DNA of 64,000 nucleotides from Candidatus Woesebacteria bacterium (GTDB lineage Bacteria; Patescibacteriota; Microgenomatia; UBA8517): NCBI GenBank assembly GCA_013374835.1, contig CP055307.1, positions 74,447 to 138,446 of the forward strand, read 5' to 3'. Shown piece by piece: positions 30,965 to 40,152 of this stretch (position 1 is its first letter; each line of letters starts with the position of its first letter). The notes under the pieces were generated by a model. It saw only the letters and a program-made list of their open reading frames with translations, ran no database searches and was not told where the DNA came from. The position numbers and the translations under genes were made by a program.

Positions 30965-31331
30965 CGGAAATGTACTTTAAAAAACTGCAAGTCGAGTTTG
31001 ATCCACACTCGAACCCGAAATCATCGGGATAAAAGGGATTAAAATAAAAAGTGCAGATAAACAAAGCACTCCGGCTTACGCTGGCAATTACGCCTTCGCG
31101 TAATGCAGGTGTCTAAAGGAATTAGCTTCTGGGCCTAACCTTTAGGCATAAAACAGCCTAGATGCGCTGTGAGATCCGGCCGAATCTCATTCTGCAAAGA
31201 AAATAGGCCTTATTCTACACCATCCCGCCGGTTGGTAAGGCGTAGAAAAAACTTTTCAAATCCGGCTAAACTTGTAGATGTTTTTTAGAGTAATTTCACG
31301 GACGAGGGTTCGATTCCCTCCGTCTCCACCA
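30944..31331 (+). ncRNA. ssrA: tmRNA (ssrA), overlapping the smpB 3' end
   Basis: 5' GGGGACGATACAAGGATTTGACGG pairs with 3' ...GGACGAGGGTTCGATTCCCTCCGTCTCCACCA (tRNA-like domain, encoded CCA). Internal tag ORF ...GCT GGC AAT TAC GCC TTC GCG TAA, i.e. ...AGNYAFA*. Confidence 0.8.
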
Positions 31332-31352
31332 AACCCGCACTCTTTATACTCT

Positions 31353-33236
31353 CTAGTTAATATGTTTCAACTCAATCTCCCAAAGCTTACTGTCTGCCAA
31401 AAACACCATCTTTCTCTCCCCCTCTGAAATAACAAAATAATTCGAATCACCAAGCTTTTGGCTCAAATACTCTCCAAAATACTTTCCCGACTTATCAAAA
31501 ACAACCACTCTTCTACTTTCTCTATCAAGCAAATATAAATAATCAAGCTCCTCAGAAGTAAACAAGCTGTCAAACACCACATCCTCGGATCCCAAAAATT
31601 CCAAAGAAAAATTCTGCGGCGAACCTAAAGAGTACTTTCTCACCCTGCCGTCATTAGTCAAAATCCATATTGATCCGTCAATCGCCCAAGAAGTCGCTCC
31701 CTTTAGTAAGCTCTCACTCGCTCCCGAAACAAGCCATTCCTGCTTTTCGGAAAATCCAAGCCGTACACCAGGATAGCGCCAAATAACACCCGCTTGTTTA
31801 TCCAAAACATACATATTCCCTCCAAAAGCTCCAATCAAAACACTTCGAGGATCCCAACTATCCGGCTTAATTATCAACTCCACCTCATCACCCACTTCAC
31901 GGATTCCATCTAAAGACAATACAAAACTCCTCTTTAAGTAATTAGTCGCATCAATTGCGTCAGATAAATAATCCGGTCCAGCAATAACTTCTGTACGCTT
32001 GGTCGCCAAATCTACACCCACAAGCCTTTTTCCTTTTGTATCCAACACAATCATCCGTCCACCCGACATCTTAAGAAGATCGCCATAATAACCACTTGAT
32101 ACAAGAGTTAAATCAAGAAAAAGCCTAGCCTCTTGTTCATAAATTCCCGCTATCCTTCCTATATTTCCGTTTATATCCAAAATAAGCTTTTCAAGCCTAT
32201 CATCCTCCACCCCTTCATCTTTTAATGCATTGCTCAACTCTCTTGAACTCATCACAAGCTCACGGGCTCTGTTTCTATCAATTTCAAAAAGGCTCTCCGC
32301 CTCCTGATATTCATGGATCGCCCGATCAAGGCGTGCCTCATAATTTTCCCGATAAATCCGCTCTTGTCTTTGCTTTACACCAAAAACAATACTCACAGCC
32401 AAAAGAAAAAGCAAAATCACTCCCACCAACGGGGCGTTCTTCCTTTTACTTTTAGTCTCATAATCCAAAGTATCAGAAGTTATCGATATTTTCCTTTCGG
32501 AAATTCTTGAAATTAACTTATCAATTAGTCGAACAATTCTGTTTCGAAACCCTCCCGTCGATTTTACCCCTTTTATCTTAAATCCAAGCTTTTCAACGCC
32601 ACCATCTTCACCACCAACTTTTACAACCAAAACCCCCATTCTGTAAAAATCGGATTTTTCATGAACAAGAGGAGCAAAAGTCTCAACAAAATAATTCAGA
32701 TCTCTATTCTCAAGAGCTGCTTTTATCATCCCCTCGCCAAATTCTCTACAAAACACATTAGTACACGCAAATATCCTATCTCCTGAAACCAGTCTTCCCG
32801 ATGCGGTTTTAATACCCACCTCATTTTTAACTATTGGTATCATTAAACCTCTTCTATACAAATAAAAGCTACATTCTCCCCAAACACTCAAATAAACCAA
32901 ATCCCCTGTCACAAAAAACACACACCCACCAAGCCCTGCCGCCTTTTGTAAATATTCATCAATTACTCTCTCCACAGCCTGCTTTAAAGAAGAAAACACA
33001 CCCACATCTTCATTTTTGCTGTTTGAATAAAAATAATTTTGAATCTTGGAAAAAATTTCCTTTCCGGTCGTTAGCTGCAAAGAAATATTGTCCCCATGGC
33101 TTTTCCCCCCAAGAAGAGCATAAAGCCTACCCCGCACCCAAACATCATCGTTCTCGGGAACATATTCATAAATCTGCGTCCAACCCCGCTCATCCGGATT
33201 TCCCACAACCTTAACTGAAGTCAGCTTTAAATCCAT
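31353..33236 (-). CDS. hypothetical bitopic membrane protein (N-terminal cytoplasmic domain, central TM, large extracytoplasmic C-terminal domain)
   Basis: 627 aa with a single TM APLVGVILLFLLAVSIVFGV near residue 260. Confidence 0.35.
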   Translation of the reverse strand: MDLKLTSVKVVGNPDERGWTQIYEYVPENDDVWVRGRLYALLGGKSHGDNISLQLTTGKEIFSKIQNYFYSNSKNEDVGVFSSLKQAVERVIDEYLQKAAGLGGCVFFVTGDLVYLSVWGECSFYLYRRGLMIPIVKNEVGIKTASGRLVSGDRIFACTNVFCREFGEGMIKAALENRDLNYFVETFAPLVHEKSDFYRMGVLVVKVGGEDGGVEKLGFKIKGVKSTGGFRNRIVRLIDKLISRISERKISITSDTLDYETKSKRKNAPLVGVILLFLLAVSIVFGVKQRQERIYRENYEARLDRAIHEYQEAESLFEIDRNRARELVMSSRELSNALKDEGVEDDRLEKLILDINGNIGRIAGIYEQEARLFLDLTLVSSGYYGDLLKMSGGRMIVLDTKGKRLVGVDLATKRTEVIAGPDYLSDAIDATNYLKRSFVLSLDGIREVGDEVELIIKPDSWDPRSVLIGAFGGNMYVLDKQAGVIWRYPGVRLGFSEKQEWLVSGASESLLKGATSWAIDGSIWILTNDGRVRKYSLGSPQNFSLEFLGSEDVVFDSLFTSEELDYLYLLDRESRRVVVFDKSGKYFGEYLSQKLGDSNYFVISEGERKMVFLADSKLWEIELKHIN

Positions 33237-33254
33237 GTTTCGGCCAACACCTAC

Positions 33255-33500
33255 TTACAGTATAACGAAAGCCGCAACAAAAGTACCCAAAGCAAATAGC
33301 ATATGAAGCCATGCAAAAACTTTTATCACCCCTTCAAACCCTATTTCCAAAGTATCCGTCATATGCTTTGTCTGCCTTATAATCACACCAGCAAAAACCA
33401 AATAAACAAAAAGCCCAATTATAACTATCGCTTTTGCCGTTAGCCAAAAAGCAGGATCAAGCTCTGAAAAATCAATATTGCCAAAATTAAAATCAATCAT
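33255..33500 (-). CDS. small membrane protein (2 TM)
   Basis: 81 aa. Overlaps the upstream gene by 4 nt. Confidence 0.3.
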   Translation of the reverse strand: MIDFNFGNIDFSELDPAFWLTAKAIVIIGLFVYLVFAGVIIRQTKHMTDTLEIGFEGVIKVFAWLHMLFALGTFVAAFVIL

Positions 33501-34168
33501 CTTGTCCTCCCTTCAAGCCTTTCTTGTTCTTCCTCTATTCTAAGCTCCCTGATTATACGGGCAACATCATCCGGCCTGGGAACCGCTAAAAACTCGATTC
33601 TTGGCACCTCTGACGCAGTTTGTATAACGACATCTCCATAATTAAACATCGTCCGAAGTACACCCCCAACCTGTACGGTTACATCTTGAATCTGATCAAT
33701 ATTTGCATCGGTTATTTCCCTATAAATAAGATTAACAAAATCGACATCAAATATGCGCTCATCAGTAATAATATTAACGTTAAAGTACCACCCCAAAAAC
33801 TCTTCAATAATAAAAGCCAGAGTAATCATATACCAAATCAAAAAAACAATAAGTTGAAAATTAGTTGGAAGCGCCACAACAGGCTCCACAAAACTTAAAA
33901 CAAAAGGCGCAAGAAGCATAAAAAACGCGACAACGCCCCATCTAATATTTGTAATAGGATGACGCCTTAAAATAAGAATTATTCTTTCCTTCGAATCAGC
34001 AGCTATAAACTTCACACGATCAGGATAATAATTAAACGCAGCTATCGGATTGTGGGTATTCTTATAAATCTTGTGCTTCACCTTACCGCGAGACTTATAC
34101 TTTTGCTCTTTCTTCTCTTTTTTTAAATTCGTCTTTCCCGAAACATAAACATCAACCATATTTAGCAT
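33497..34168 (-). CDS. membrane-flanked bacterial PH domain protein (YdbS/DUF304-like)
   Basis: Two TM helices followed by a beta-rich domain that ends RIEFLAVPRPDDVARIIRELR. Confidence 0.45.
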   Translation of the reverse strand: MLNMVDVYVSGKTNLKKEKKEQKYKSRGKVKHKIYKNTHNPIAAFNYYPDRVKFIAADSKERIILILRRHPITNIRWGVVAFFMLLAPFVLSFVEPVVALPTNFQLIVFLIWYMITLAFIIEEFLGWYFNVNIITDERIFDVDFVNLIYREITDANIDQIQDVTVQVGGVLRTMFNYGDVVIQTASEVPRIEFLAVPRPDDVARIIRELRIEEEQERLEGRTR

Positions 34169-34198
34169 GATTATACCATGCTAAACCCAACAAAATTT

Positions 34199-35884
34199 TT
34201 AAAGCCTTTCAATATTAAAAAGGCTGCTCTTAAGACCGATATATCCCGGAGCCCTAAGGTTAAAAGCTCTTTTAAGCTCTGCTCCGTCAATATTTATCGT
34301 TCCCTTGTTTGTACTAAAAGAAACAGAAGCAGTATAGCCCTCATTCGAATAAACAACGCTTACACCACTCACACTCGTATATCCGCCAATCGAGGAAAGC
34401 TCAGACATGGAATAAGGATTCCCACCCCAGCAGCCCGTATCAATTGGAGAAACGCGTGTTACATCCCCGCCGCCTCTATACAATACATGCCATGCATTAA
34501 TTATATCCGCCATCTCAACACCCGTCAGCCAAGGATTACTCCTTCCGCACGAGGCACCGCTTCGACTTTTATACCACCCCTTATAAAACCATGGACTACC
34601 GGCAATTTTTTCATAAGCACCGTCAGGCCAATTACCAAAAGTATCTTTAATACCACTCCAACCCCACTGGCTTATGGTAAACCCACCGGAAGTCGAAGCA
34701 TAATAAGTTTTTGCTGGACCCCCATCCTTAATAAGCACCCATCCACGAGTATCCCGAACGGCCTGTGCCCATTTTCCGCTTTTAAGCTGAGGCTTATAAA
34801 CCTGGCAAGATTCTGTCGCGCATATACTACCAGTGCCGTTATTTGTCACAGCCAAAGCATATGTCCTAGCAGCCACAGCTTGAGCCTTCAAAGCCTCATA
34901 TCCGCCATTATCTCCCCAGCTCTCAGGTACTTCGTAAATCCCAAGCAAATAATTATCTTCAAAAGGTATCGTTCCATAACCCAAAACATTTATAGTAGAA
35001 GGTACGGAATAACCCTTATTCAAGCTTGCTCCTTGATAATAAGCGGAAAGGATTGTTTCAACACTCTGGCCCGACTTCGCCCTACCATAAGCTCCATACT
35101 GGCTCATACCCGTTCTGTGGGGCGCCCCAAAAGAAAACCCGCCAAAAGCAGGCCTAAACCCAGGGTCACAAAAGTTGCTCGATCCAGGCGGTCCACTGCA
35201 GGGCTCCAAAGTAGGTGGAGTATCTCCTATAGACGTCTGAAAACCCGCCTCTTTTAAAGCAATAAGGCTTTGCTGCTTGGAAGATAGTGTTGTCAAATAA
35301 TTTTCAACCTTTTCAACCTCCGCCCCTAAAAACTTTGCCCTTCCGTCAATTTGCACCTGAACAGAGGCAAGACTTGCCCTGTTTTTCTCCAAAGCATCTT
35401 TATCCGTCTTTAGCTTTGAGAGACTATCCGCAAGCTCCTCCATGGTCAGCCTATCCTGATCAGCAGCCTTCTGTCTCAAAACTATCTCACGAAAAGCATT
35501 CGAAGCACTCTCAGAAGAAAAAAACGGCAAAAGCGGATCATAAGTTCTCAAAAATCGGTAGTGATTATTAGTTTTTACATTAAAAACCTCCCTAGCATAA
35601 GCTAAATCTTCTTCCCTCTGTCTTATCTCAACCTCCACACGATCAAGCTGGTTTGAAATTCCGGCAATCTGGTTCTTCAAACTGGTTAGTTGTCTATTCA
35701 AGTCAGATAGCTCTTTTTTATTATTCTCATGCGCCGGAGTTAAAGCATCAATCTCACCTTGAATTTTAGATAAACAGTAATCAATCTCACCATAAGTAGG
35801 GTTATTACAATCAGGCTCAGCCAAACTTCTCCATGGTACAAAAAATAAAAACAACACAAAAAATATACTTAAAACTTTCTTCAT
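34199..35884 (-). CDS. secreted SpoIID/LytB-domain protein with N-terminal coiled coil
   Basis: Signal peptide. Coiled-coil region. SpoIID signature EALKAQAVAARTYALA. Confidence 0.7.
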   Translation of the reverse strand: MKKVLSIFFVLFLFFVPWRSLAEPDCNNPTYGEIDYCLSKIQGEIDALTPAHENNKKELSDLNRQLTSLKNQIAGISNQLDRVEVEIRQREEDLAYAREVFNVKTNNHYRFLRTYDPLLPFFSSESASNAFREIVLRQKAADQDRLTMEELADSLSKLKTDKDALEKNRASLASVQVQIDGRAKFLGAEVEKVENYLTTLSSKQQSLIALKEAGFQTSIGDTPPTLEPCSGPPGSSNFCDPGFRPAFGGFSFGAPHRTGMSQYGAYGRAKSGQSVETILSAYYQGASLNKGYSVPSTINVLGYGTIPFEDNYLLGIYEVPESWGDNGGYEALKAQAVAARTYALAVTNNGTGSICATESCQVYKPQLKSGKWAQAVRDTRGWVLIKDGGPAKTYYASTSGGFTISQWGWSGIKDTFGNWPDGAYEKIAGSPWFYKGWYKSRSGASCGRSNPWLTGVEMADIINAWHVLYRGGGDVTRVSPIDTGCWGGNPYSMSELSSIGGYTSVSGVSVVYSNEGYTASVSFSTNKGTINIDGAELKRAFNLRAPGYIGLKSSLFNIERL

Positions 35885-35941
35885 ATACTATTTATTCCTT
35901 CCTAATAATTATACCAAGCAATTTCATGTTAAAATCTAATT

Positions 35942-36673
35942 ATGAAGTTCAAATTGTCTTTTCTGTTTTTGTTAACAATATTCATTTCACTCCAATCACC
36001 CAAACAAATCAACGCCCAAAACTCTTATGAATGTGCGTGGGAAGAAAGAAACGGCGTCAGCTCATGCATAATAAGCGAACATCAAGTTACCTGCGAAGAA
36101 GGCTTTTATGCAGGGGATGCTTGTGACAACATTCTAAACAAAGAAGAGTGCCTAGACGCAAAGTGGGCATGCAACCAAATCGAACCCGATCAAAATCGCC
36201 ACACATGTGTTTATACTGACACCCTAGGCTGCAGACCCACAAATACTTGTGTCTACGGCTACACTCCAAGCAATGCATGCGAAGGTTTAAACAAAGATGA
36301 GTGCTTAAACGTAAGCCCTCAATCTTGCGTTCTTAAAACAAAACCTATTATCCGCGCAAAAGAAAAACTAATTTGTATCACAAACGAGGGTACGGAGGGA
36401 ATAAACTCAGCAATCGGATGCATCTCAATCTCAAATGAAAACGAAAATCTTATCTTTCTATTAACATGGGCCGGCGGAATTTTGGGGGGCGTAGGAATTA
36501 TCTTAATTATCTATGGAGGGTTTTTAATCATGTCGTCGCAAGGAGACAGAAACAAAGCAGCCCTGGGAAAAGAAGTAATATTTTCAGCCGTTATGGGGAT
36601 CGTTTTTATCATAATATCAGCCTTTCTTTTAAGAACACTCGGAGCTGATATACTAAATCTACCCGATTTTTAA
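35942..36673 (+). CDS. pilin-like protein, subfamily A (T4SS VirB2/TrbC-like 2-TM module) with N-terminal Cys-rich extension
   Basis: Signal peptide and a ~130-aa domain with 14 Cys. Conserved INSAIGCISI, TM1 GGILGGVGIILIIYGGFLIMSSQGD, then TM2. Confidence 0.55.
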   Translation: MKFKLSFLFLLTIFISLQSPKQINAQNSYECAWEERNGVSSCIISEHQVTCEEGFYAGDACDNILNKEECLDAKWACNQIEPDQNRHTCVYTDTLGCRPTNTCVYGYTPSNACEGLNKDECLNVSPQSCVLKTKPIIRAKEKLICITNEGTEGINSAIGCISISNENENLIFLLTWAGGILGGVGIILIIYGGFLIMSSQGDRNKAALGKEVIFSAVMGIVFIIISAFLLRTLGADILNLPDF

Positions 36674-36677
36674 AGCC

Positions 36678-37088
36678 ATGAAAAAAATTTTTCTTGCTTT
36701 TATATTTTTCAATCTACTTTTTTTTGTAAACAGCAACAGAGTTTTCGCCGCTCTTCCCGACCCCGAACTGGAATTTACCGTTAGAGAAAACCTAAAATGC
36801 CAAGGGGGAACGGGAATAAATACAGCAATAGGGTGCGTTCCGATTAACAACGAAGAAGCCCTGCTCGAATTCCTCCTTAGATGGTTTATCGGAATTGCAG
36901 GAGCAATAGCAATATCCCTAATTGTCTATGCAGGTATCCAAATAATGACCTCTTCAGGAAATCCTGAAAAGGTAGGTGCAGGAAAACAACTTCTCACCGC
37001 AGCCGTCGGAGGAATTGTATTTTTAATCTTTTCGGTTTTTATCCTAAGACTCTTTGGAGTCGAAATTCTTAAACTGCCGGGATTTTAG
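36678..37088 (+). CDS. pilin-like protein, subfamily A (short form)
   Basis: Signal peptide. GINTAIGCVPI, then TM1 ...IYAGIQIMTSSGNPEK..., then TM2. Ends LKLPGF, like 35942..36673. Confidence 0.55.
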   Translation: MKKIFLAFIFFNLLFFVNSNRVFAALPDPELEFTVRENLKCQGGTGINTAIGCVPINNEEALLEFLLRWFIGIAGAIAISLIVYAGIQIMTSSGNPEKVGAGKQLLTAAVGGIVFLIFSVFILRLFGVEILKLPGF

Positions 37089-37091
37089 TTA

Positions 37092-37847
37092 ATGCTAAAA
37101 AAAATATTTCTTATAGTAACAATCCTTATTGCTACATTAATTTTATTCCATAAAAAATCGCAGGCACAACCCCCATCCCCAGGTTATTATACCTGTTTCT
37201 GGAATGAAAAGACCGATCCGCCAACATGCACACTATATCCCACAAACTCTTGCGCCGAAGGCTTTACTGCAGGCGATTGTAGCCTGCTTTCGCCCGCTGA
37301 TTGTGGAGTTTCAAGCGAACACCCATGTATTCCAGGAAATTCTGTATGTGGGCTTGTTGAAGGACAGACTTGTTGCCCTGGATTCGCGTGTGGCACACAT
37401 CTCTACTGTGATATGAATAGTCTTACTTGTAAAACCTGTGGTATCATCGGTAACAAATGCTGCATACCAGGCCCACCGGATAAATACTGCAGAGAGGGCG
37501 CGGAATGCAATCTATCTACAAATATTTGCGAGGAAATAGTTTTAGAACCGGACGAATCCCTCCACTGTCAAAATAACGAAATAAACACAGCCATAGGTTG
37601 TATATCAATCTCAGACATAGACGAGTTTATCTCTCAAATCCTCATTTGGTCCCTTGGAATAGCGGGGGGAATCTTTCTCATTCTCACTATATACTCAGGA
37701 TTGCTGATTATGACATCCCAAGGAGATCCAAGAAAATACAAACTCGGAAACGAAATACTCCTATCAGCCGTTTCAGGCCTTATAATGCTTGTTTTTTCAA
37801 TATTTCTCCTTAGATTCTTGGGGGTAGATATCCTAAAAATTCTTTAA
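37092..37847 (+). CDS. pilin-like protein, subfamily A with N-terminal Cys-rich extension
   Basis: ~130-aa domain with more than 20 Cys (CC doublets). EINTAIGCISI...IYSGLLIMTSQGDPRK... Confidence 0.55.
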   Translation: MLKKIFLIVTILIATLILFHKKSQAQPPSPGYYTCFWNEKTDPPTCTLYPTNSCAEGFTAGDCSLLSPADCGVSSEHPCIPGNSVCGLVEGQTCCPGFACGTHLYCDMNSLTCKTCGIIGNKCCIPGPPDKYCREGAECNLSTNICEEIVLEPDESLHCQNNEINTAIGCISISDIDEFISQILIWSLGIAGGIFLILTIYSGLLIMTSQGDPRKYKLGNEILLSAVSGLIMLVFSIFLLRFLGVDILKIL

Positions 37848-37877
37848 TTTACAGTCACTTAATAGTAAAATAAAAGC

Positions 37878-38234
37878 ATGAGCAAAGTATACGCAATCGA
37901 ATGGAACGATCTAATCTCTCAAACAGCCCCGAATCTAAATCAAAACAGTACAATCGGATCTCTCTTTAGCGGCTCAGGCCGCTTCCCCGGTCTAATTATG
38001 TTTTTCTTCTTCATCTCGGGACTTGCACTTCTGATTTATCTTCTTTTCGGCGGTTTTACCCTCTTAACCTCAGGAGGAAACCCGGATAAAGTCGAAGCAG
38101 GAAAAAAAACGATCACCAACGCAGTCATCGGATTTATAATTATCTTTACAGCTTATTGGATAGTACAAATCGTAGGCCTTGTACTTGGGTTAGAATCTGT
38201 TTCTGAAATTTTTAGCCCACGCCCGCAACCATAA
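37878..38234 (+). CDS. pilin-like protein, subfamily B (TM1-ITSGG(D/N)xxK-TM2)
   Basis: LLFGGFTLLTSGGNPDKVEAGKKTITNAVIGFIIIF. Confidence 0.55.
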   Translation: MSKVYAIEWNDLISQTAPNLNQNSTIGSLFSGSGRFPGLIMFFFFISGLALLIYLLFGGFTLLTSGGNPDKVEAGKKTITNAVIGFIIIFTAYWIVQIVGLVLGLESVSEIFSPRPQP

Positions 38235-38239
38235 TAACA

Positions 38240-38584
38240 ATGAACTATCTTGCACAAGTAAACATAGCAGAAGAATTCGGCTCCCCCTGGGGAACACAAG
38301 GAGGCCTCCATTTGGGCGACCTGGCAGGCCTTATTCTATCCACCTCGCTCGCAATCGCATCCGTAATAGTAATACTTCTTTTTATCTTTGGCGGGCTTAA
38401 AATTATTACAAGCGCAGGTGCAGACAACCCAAGAGGTACGGCGGACGGAAAACAAGCAATGACATGGGCGGCAATAGGATTTATAATTATATTCGGAGCA
38501 TACTGGATTATAAGAATTATCGAAATTATCATTGGAGTAGATTTTCTAACAAATCCTGTAAGCCTGTTTGGATATGGAGGTTAA
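38240..38584 (+). CDS. pilin-like protein, subfamily B
   Basis: FIFGGLKIITSAGADNPRGTADGKQAMTWAAIGFIIIF. Confidence 0.5.
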   Translation: MNYLAQVNIAEEFGSPWGTQGGLHLGDLAGLILSTSLAIASVIVILLFIFGGLKIITSAGADNPRGTADGKQAMTWAAIGFIIIFGAYWIIRIIEIIIGVDFLTNPVSLFGYGG

Positions 38585-38588
38585 CTAA

Positions 38589-38924
38589 ATGCTACAAGTA
38601 ATAGGAGAAATAAACCCACCGGCGCACATTGTAGGCTTTGGCACAGTCGAAGGTGGAGCACTAGGAGAACTTCTACAGCTTATCTTTAGCATCTTAATCA
38701 TCGCGGGAGGCATATACGCCCTTTTTAACTTTATAATCGCCGGCTATGCCTTTCTTTCCGCCGGCGACGACCCCCAAAAAGCCAGCAACGCATGGAAAAA
38801 AATATACCAAACCATAATAGGCTTAGTTTTCCTTGTCGGCTCATTCCTTTTAGCAGCCATCGTAGGATTACTATTATTCAACGACGCAAAAGCCCTACTT
38901 ACGCCCACAATACCAACGCCATGA
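38589..38924 (+). CDS. pilin-like protein, subfamily B
   Basis: Two TM helices flanking FLSAGDDPQKASNAWKK. ATGA overlap with the next gene. Confidence 0.5.
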   Translation: MLQVIGEINPPAHIVGFGTVEGGALGELLQLIFSILIIAGGIYALFNFIIAGYAFLSAGDDPQKASNAWKKIYQTIIGLVFLVGSFLLAAIVGLLLFNDAKALLTPTIPTP

Positions 38925-39283
38925 ACAAGCTATCACAAATCAACCTATTTCCAGACGGAGGTTTTACCGGCCCGGGCACAGGGCCCCTTGCCGATCCAAG
39001 CGCAGATCCCGCATCAACGCTTGACACGCTCCTTTCTACAATAATTGGCGTAATGACGGCAATAGCCTTTATCTGGTTTACGTTCCAAGTTTTTATCGCG
39101 GCAATATCCTGGATTACATCAGGAGGAGACAAGGCAAGGCTCGAAGCTTCCAAAAAAAAGCTGGCAACAAGCCTCGTGGGATTAGTAATAGTAATATCGG
39201 CAATCTTTTTAATTCAACTTGTTGGCATAATATTTAATCTAGAATTTCTTGAAATACCCGTTCTTTTTGCTGTATTAACTTAA
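38921..39283 (+). CDS. pilin-like protein, subfamily B
   Basis: Start at the MNKLSQ Met; the ORF track extends upstream to 38792. AAISWITSGGDKARLEASKKKLATSLVGLVIV. Confidence 0.5.
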   Translation: MNKLSQINLFPDGGFTGPGTGPLADPSADPASTLDTLLSTIIGVMTAIAFIWFTFQVFIAAISWITSGGDKARLEASKKKLATSLVGLVIVISAIFLIQLVGIIFNLEFLEIPVLFAVLT

Positions 39284-39285
39284 AT

Positions 39286-39630
39286 ATGAACAACCACATT
39301 GCTGTCAACAACCCCATTCTTGGAAACTTAAACAGTTTCCTTACAGGAGGAGGTAGTCCAAATTATTTCAGCGCGCTTCTTTCTACCCTTGTAACAATCT
39401 TTCTGCTCGCAGGAGGGGTCGCTTTTCTTTTTATGTTTCTCATCGGAGGCATCGGATGGATTACAGCAGGCGGAGACAAAGCCAGGGTAGAAGAAGCAAG
39501 AACCAAACTCACAAACGCAGGTATAGGTTTGCTGGTCCTTTTGGCAATCTGGGCAATACTCACAGCGGTTGAGCAAATCTTTGGTATCAACATTACGTCA
39601 ATAGATATAGCAAGCCTGGTAATCAACTAA
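39286..39630 (+). CDS. pilin-like protein, subfamily B
   Basis: FLIGGIGWITAGGDKARVEEARTKLTNAGIGLLVL. Confidence 0.55.
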   Translation: MNNHIAVNNPILGNLNSFLTGGGSPNYFSALLSTLVTIFLLAGGVAFLFMFLIGGIGWITAGGDKARVEEARTKLTNAGIGLLVLLAIWAILTAVEQIFGINITSIDIASLVIN

Positions 39631-39696
39631 GCTTGACAACAAAGCCAGCAAACATCTAGCATTAAGTTATAATTTATAAGGAGGTGAAAAGTATTA

Positions 39697-40068
39697 ATGA
39701 ATTTTCTTTCAACAATTTTTGCCCAACAAGATACTACTGTCAACATTCAGCCCGAAGGTTTCGATGTTATAACAGGAGCGGATCTGGGAAGCTGGATTAG
39801 TTGGTTTGTAACAATAATCTTAATCGTTGCCGGCTTGCTCTTTTTCTTTATGCTGGTAATAGGAGGTATAAGATGGATCACCTCGGGTGGAGATAAAGGA
39901 AGCACCGAATCGGCAAGAAACCAAATCACAGCAGCCCTAATAGGCTTAATCATCGTCTTTGCCGCTTGGGCAATCGTATCCCTGCTTGGAAACGCCTTCG
40001 GCATTGAAATTTTCAATTTCACAATCCCAGGTCTTGGTAGCGGCGGCGGAGGTGGAACCATCAGCTAA
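39697..40068 (+). CDS. pilin-like protein, subfamily B (Gly-rich C-terminal tail)
   Basis: MLVIGGIRWITSGGDKGSTESARNQITAALIGLIIVF. Ends GSGGGGGTIS. SD GGAGGTG upstream. Confidence 0.55.
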   Translation: MNFLSTIFAQQDTTVNIQPEGFDVITGADLGSWISWFVTIILIVAGLLFFFMLVIGGIRWITSGGDKGSTESARNQITAALIGLIIVFAAWAIVSLLGNAFGIEIFNFTIPGLGSGGGGGTIS

Positions 40069-40152
40069 ACCAAAACCTTAAAAAAGCTGGTTTTGGTTTA
40101 AACCAGAACCCTCGTTTAGTTAAACGGGGGTTTACGGTTATAATGCCAACTA

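Noticed and set aside
34178-35257. 359-aa plus-strand ORF antisense to the SpoIID gene.
   Set aside because: It has low-complexity Arg/Ser/Pro-rich composition with no motifs. The opposite strand carries a clear signal peptide plus SpoIID signature.
38245-40061. Antisense ORFs within pilin genes (38245..38532, 38899..39153, 39328..39626, 39747..40061).
   Set aside because: They are the opposite strand of tightly packed, motif-bearing pilin-like genes. They are Pro/Arg/Ser-rich, as expected for antisense of hydrophobic codons.
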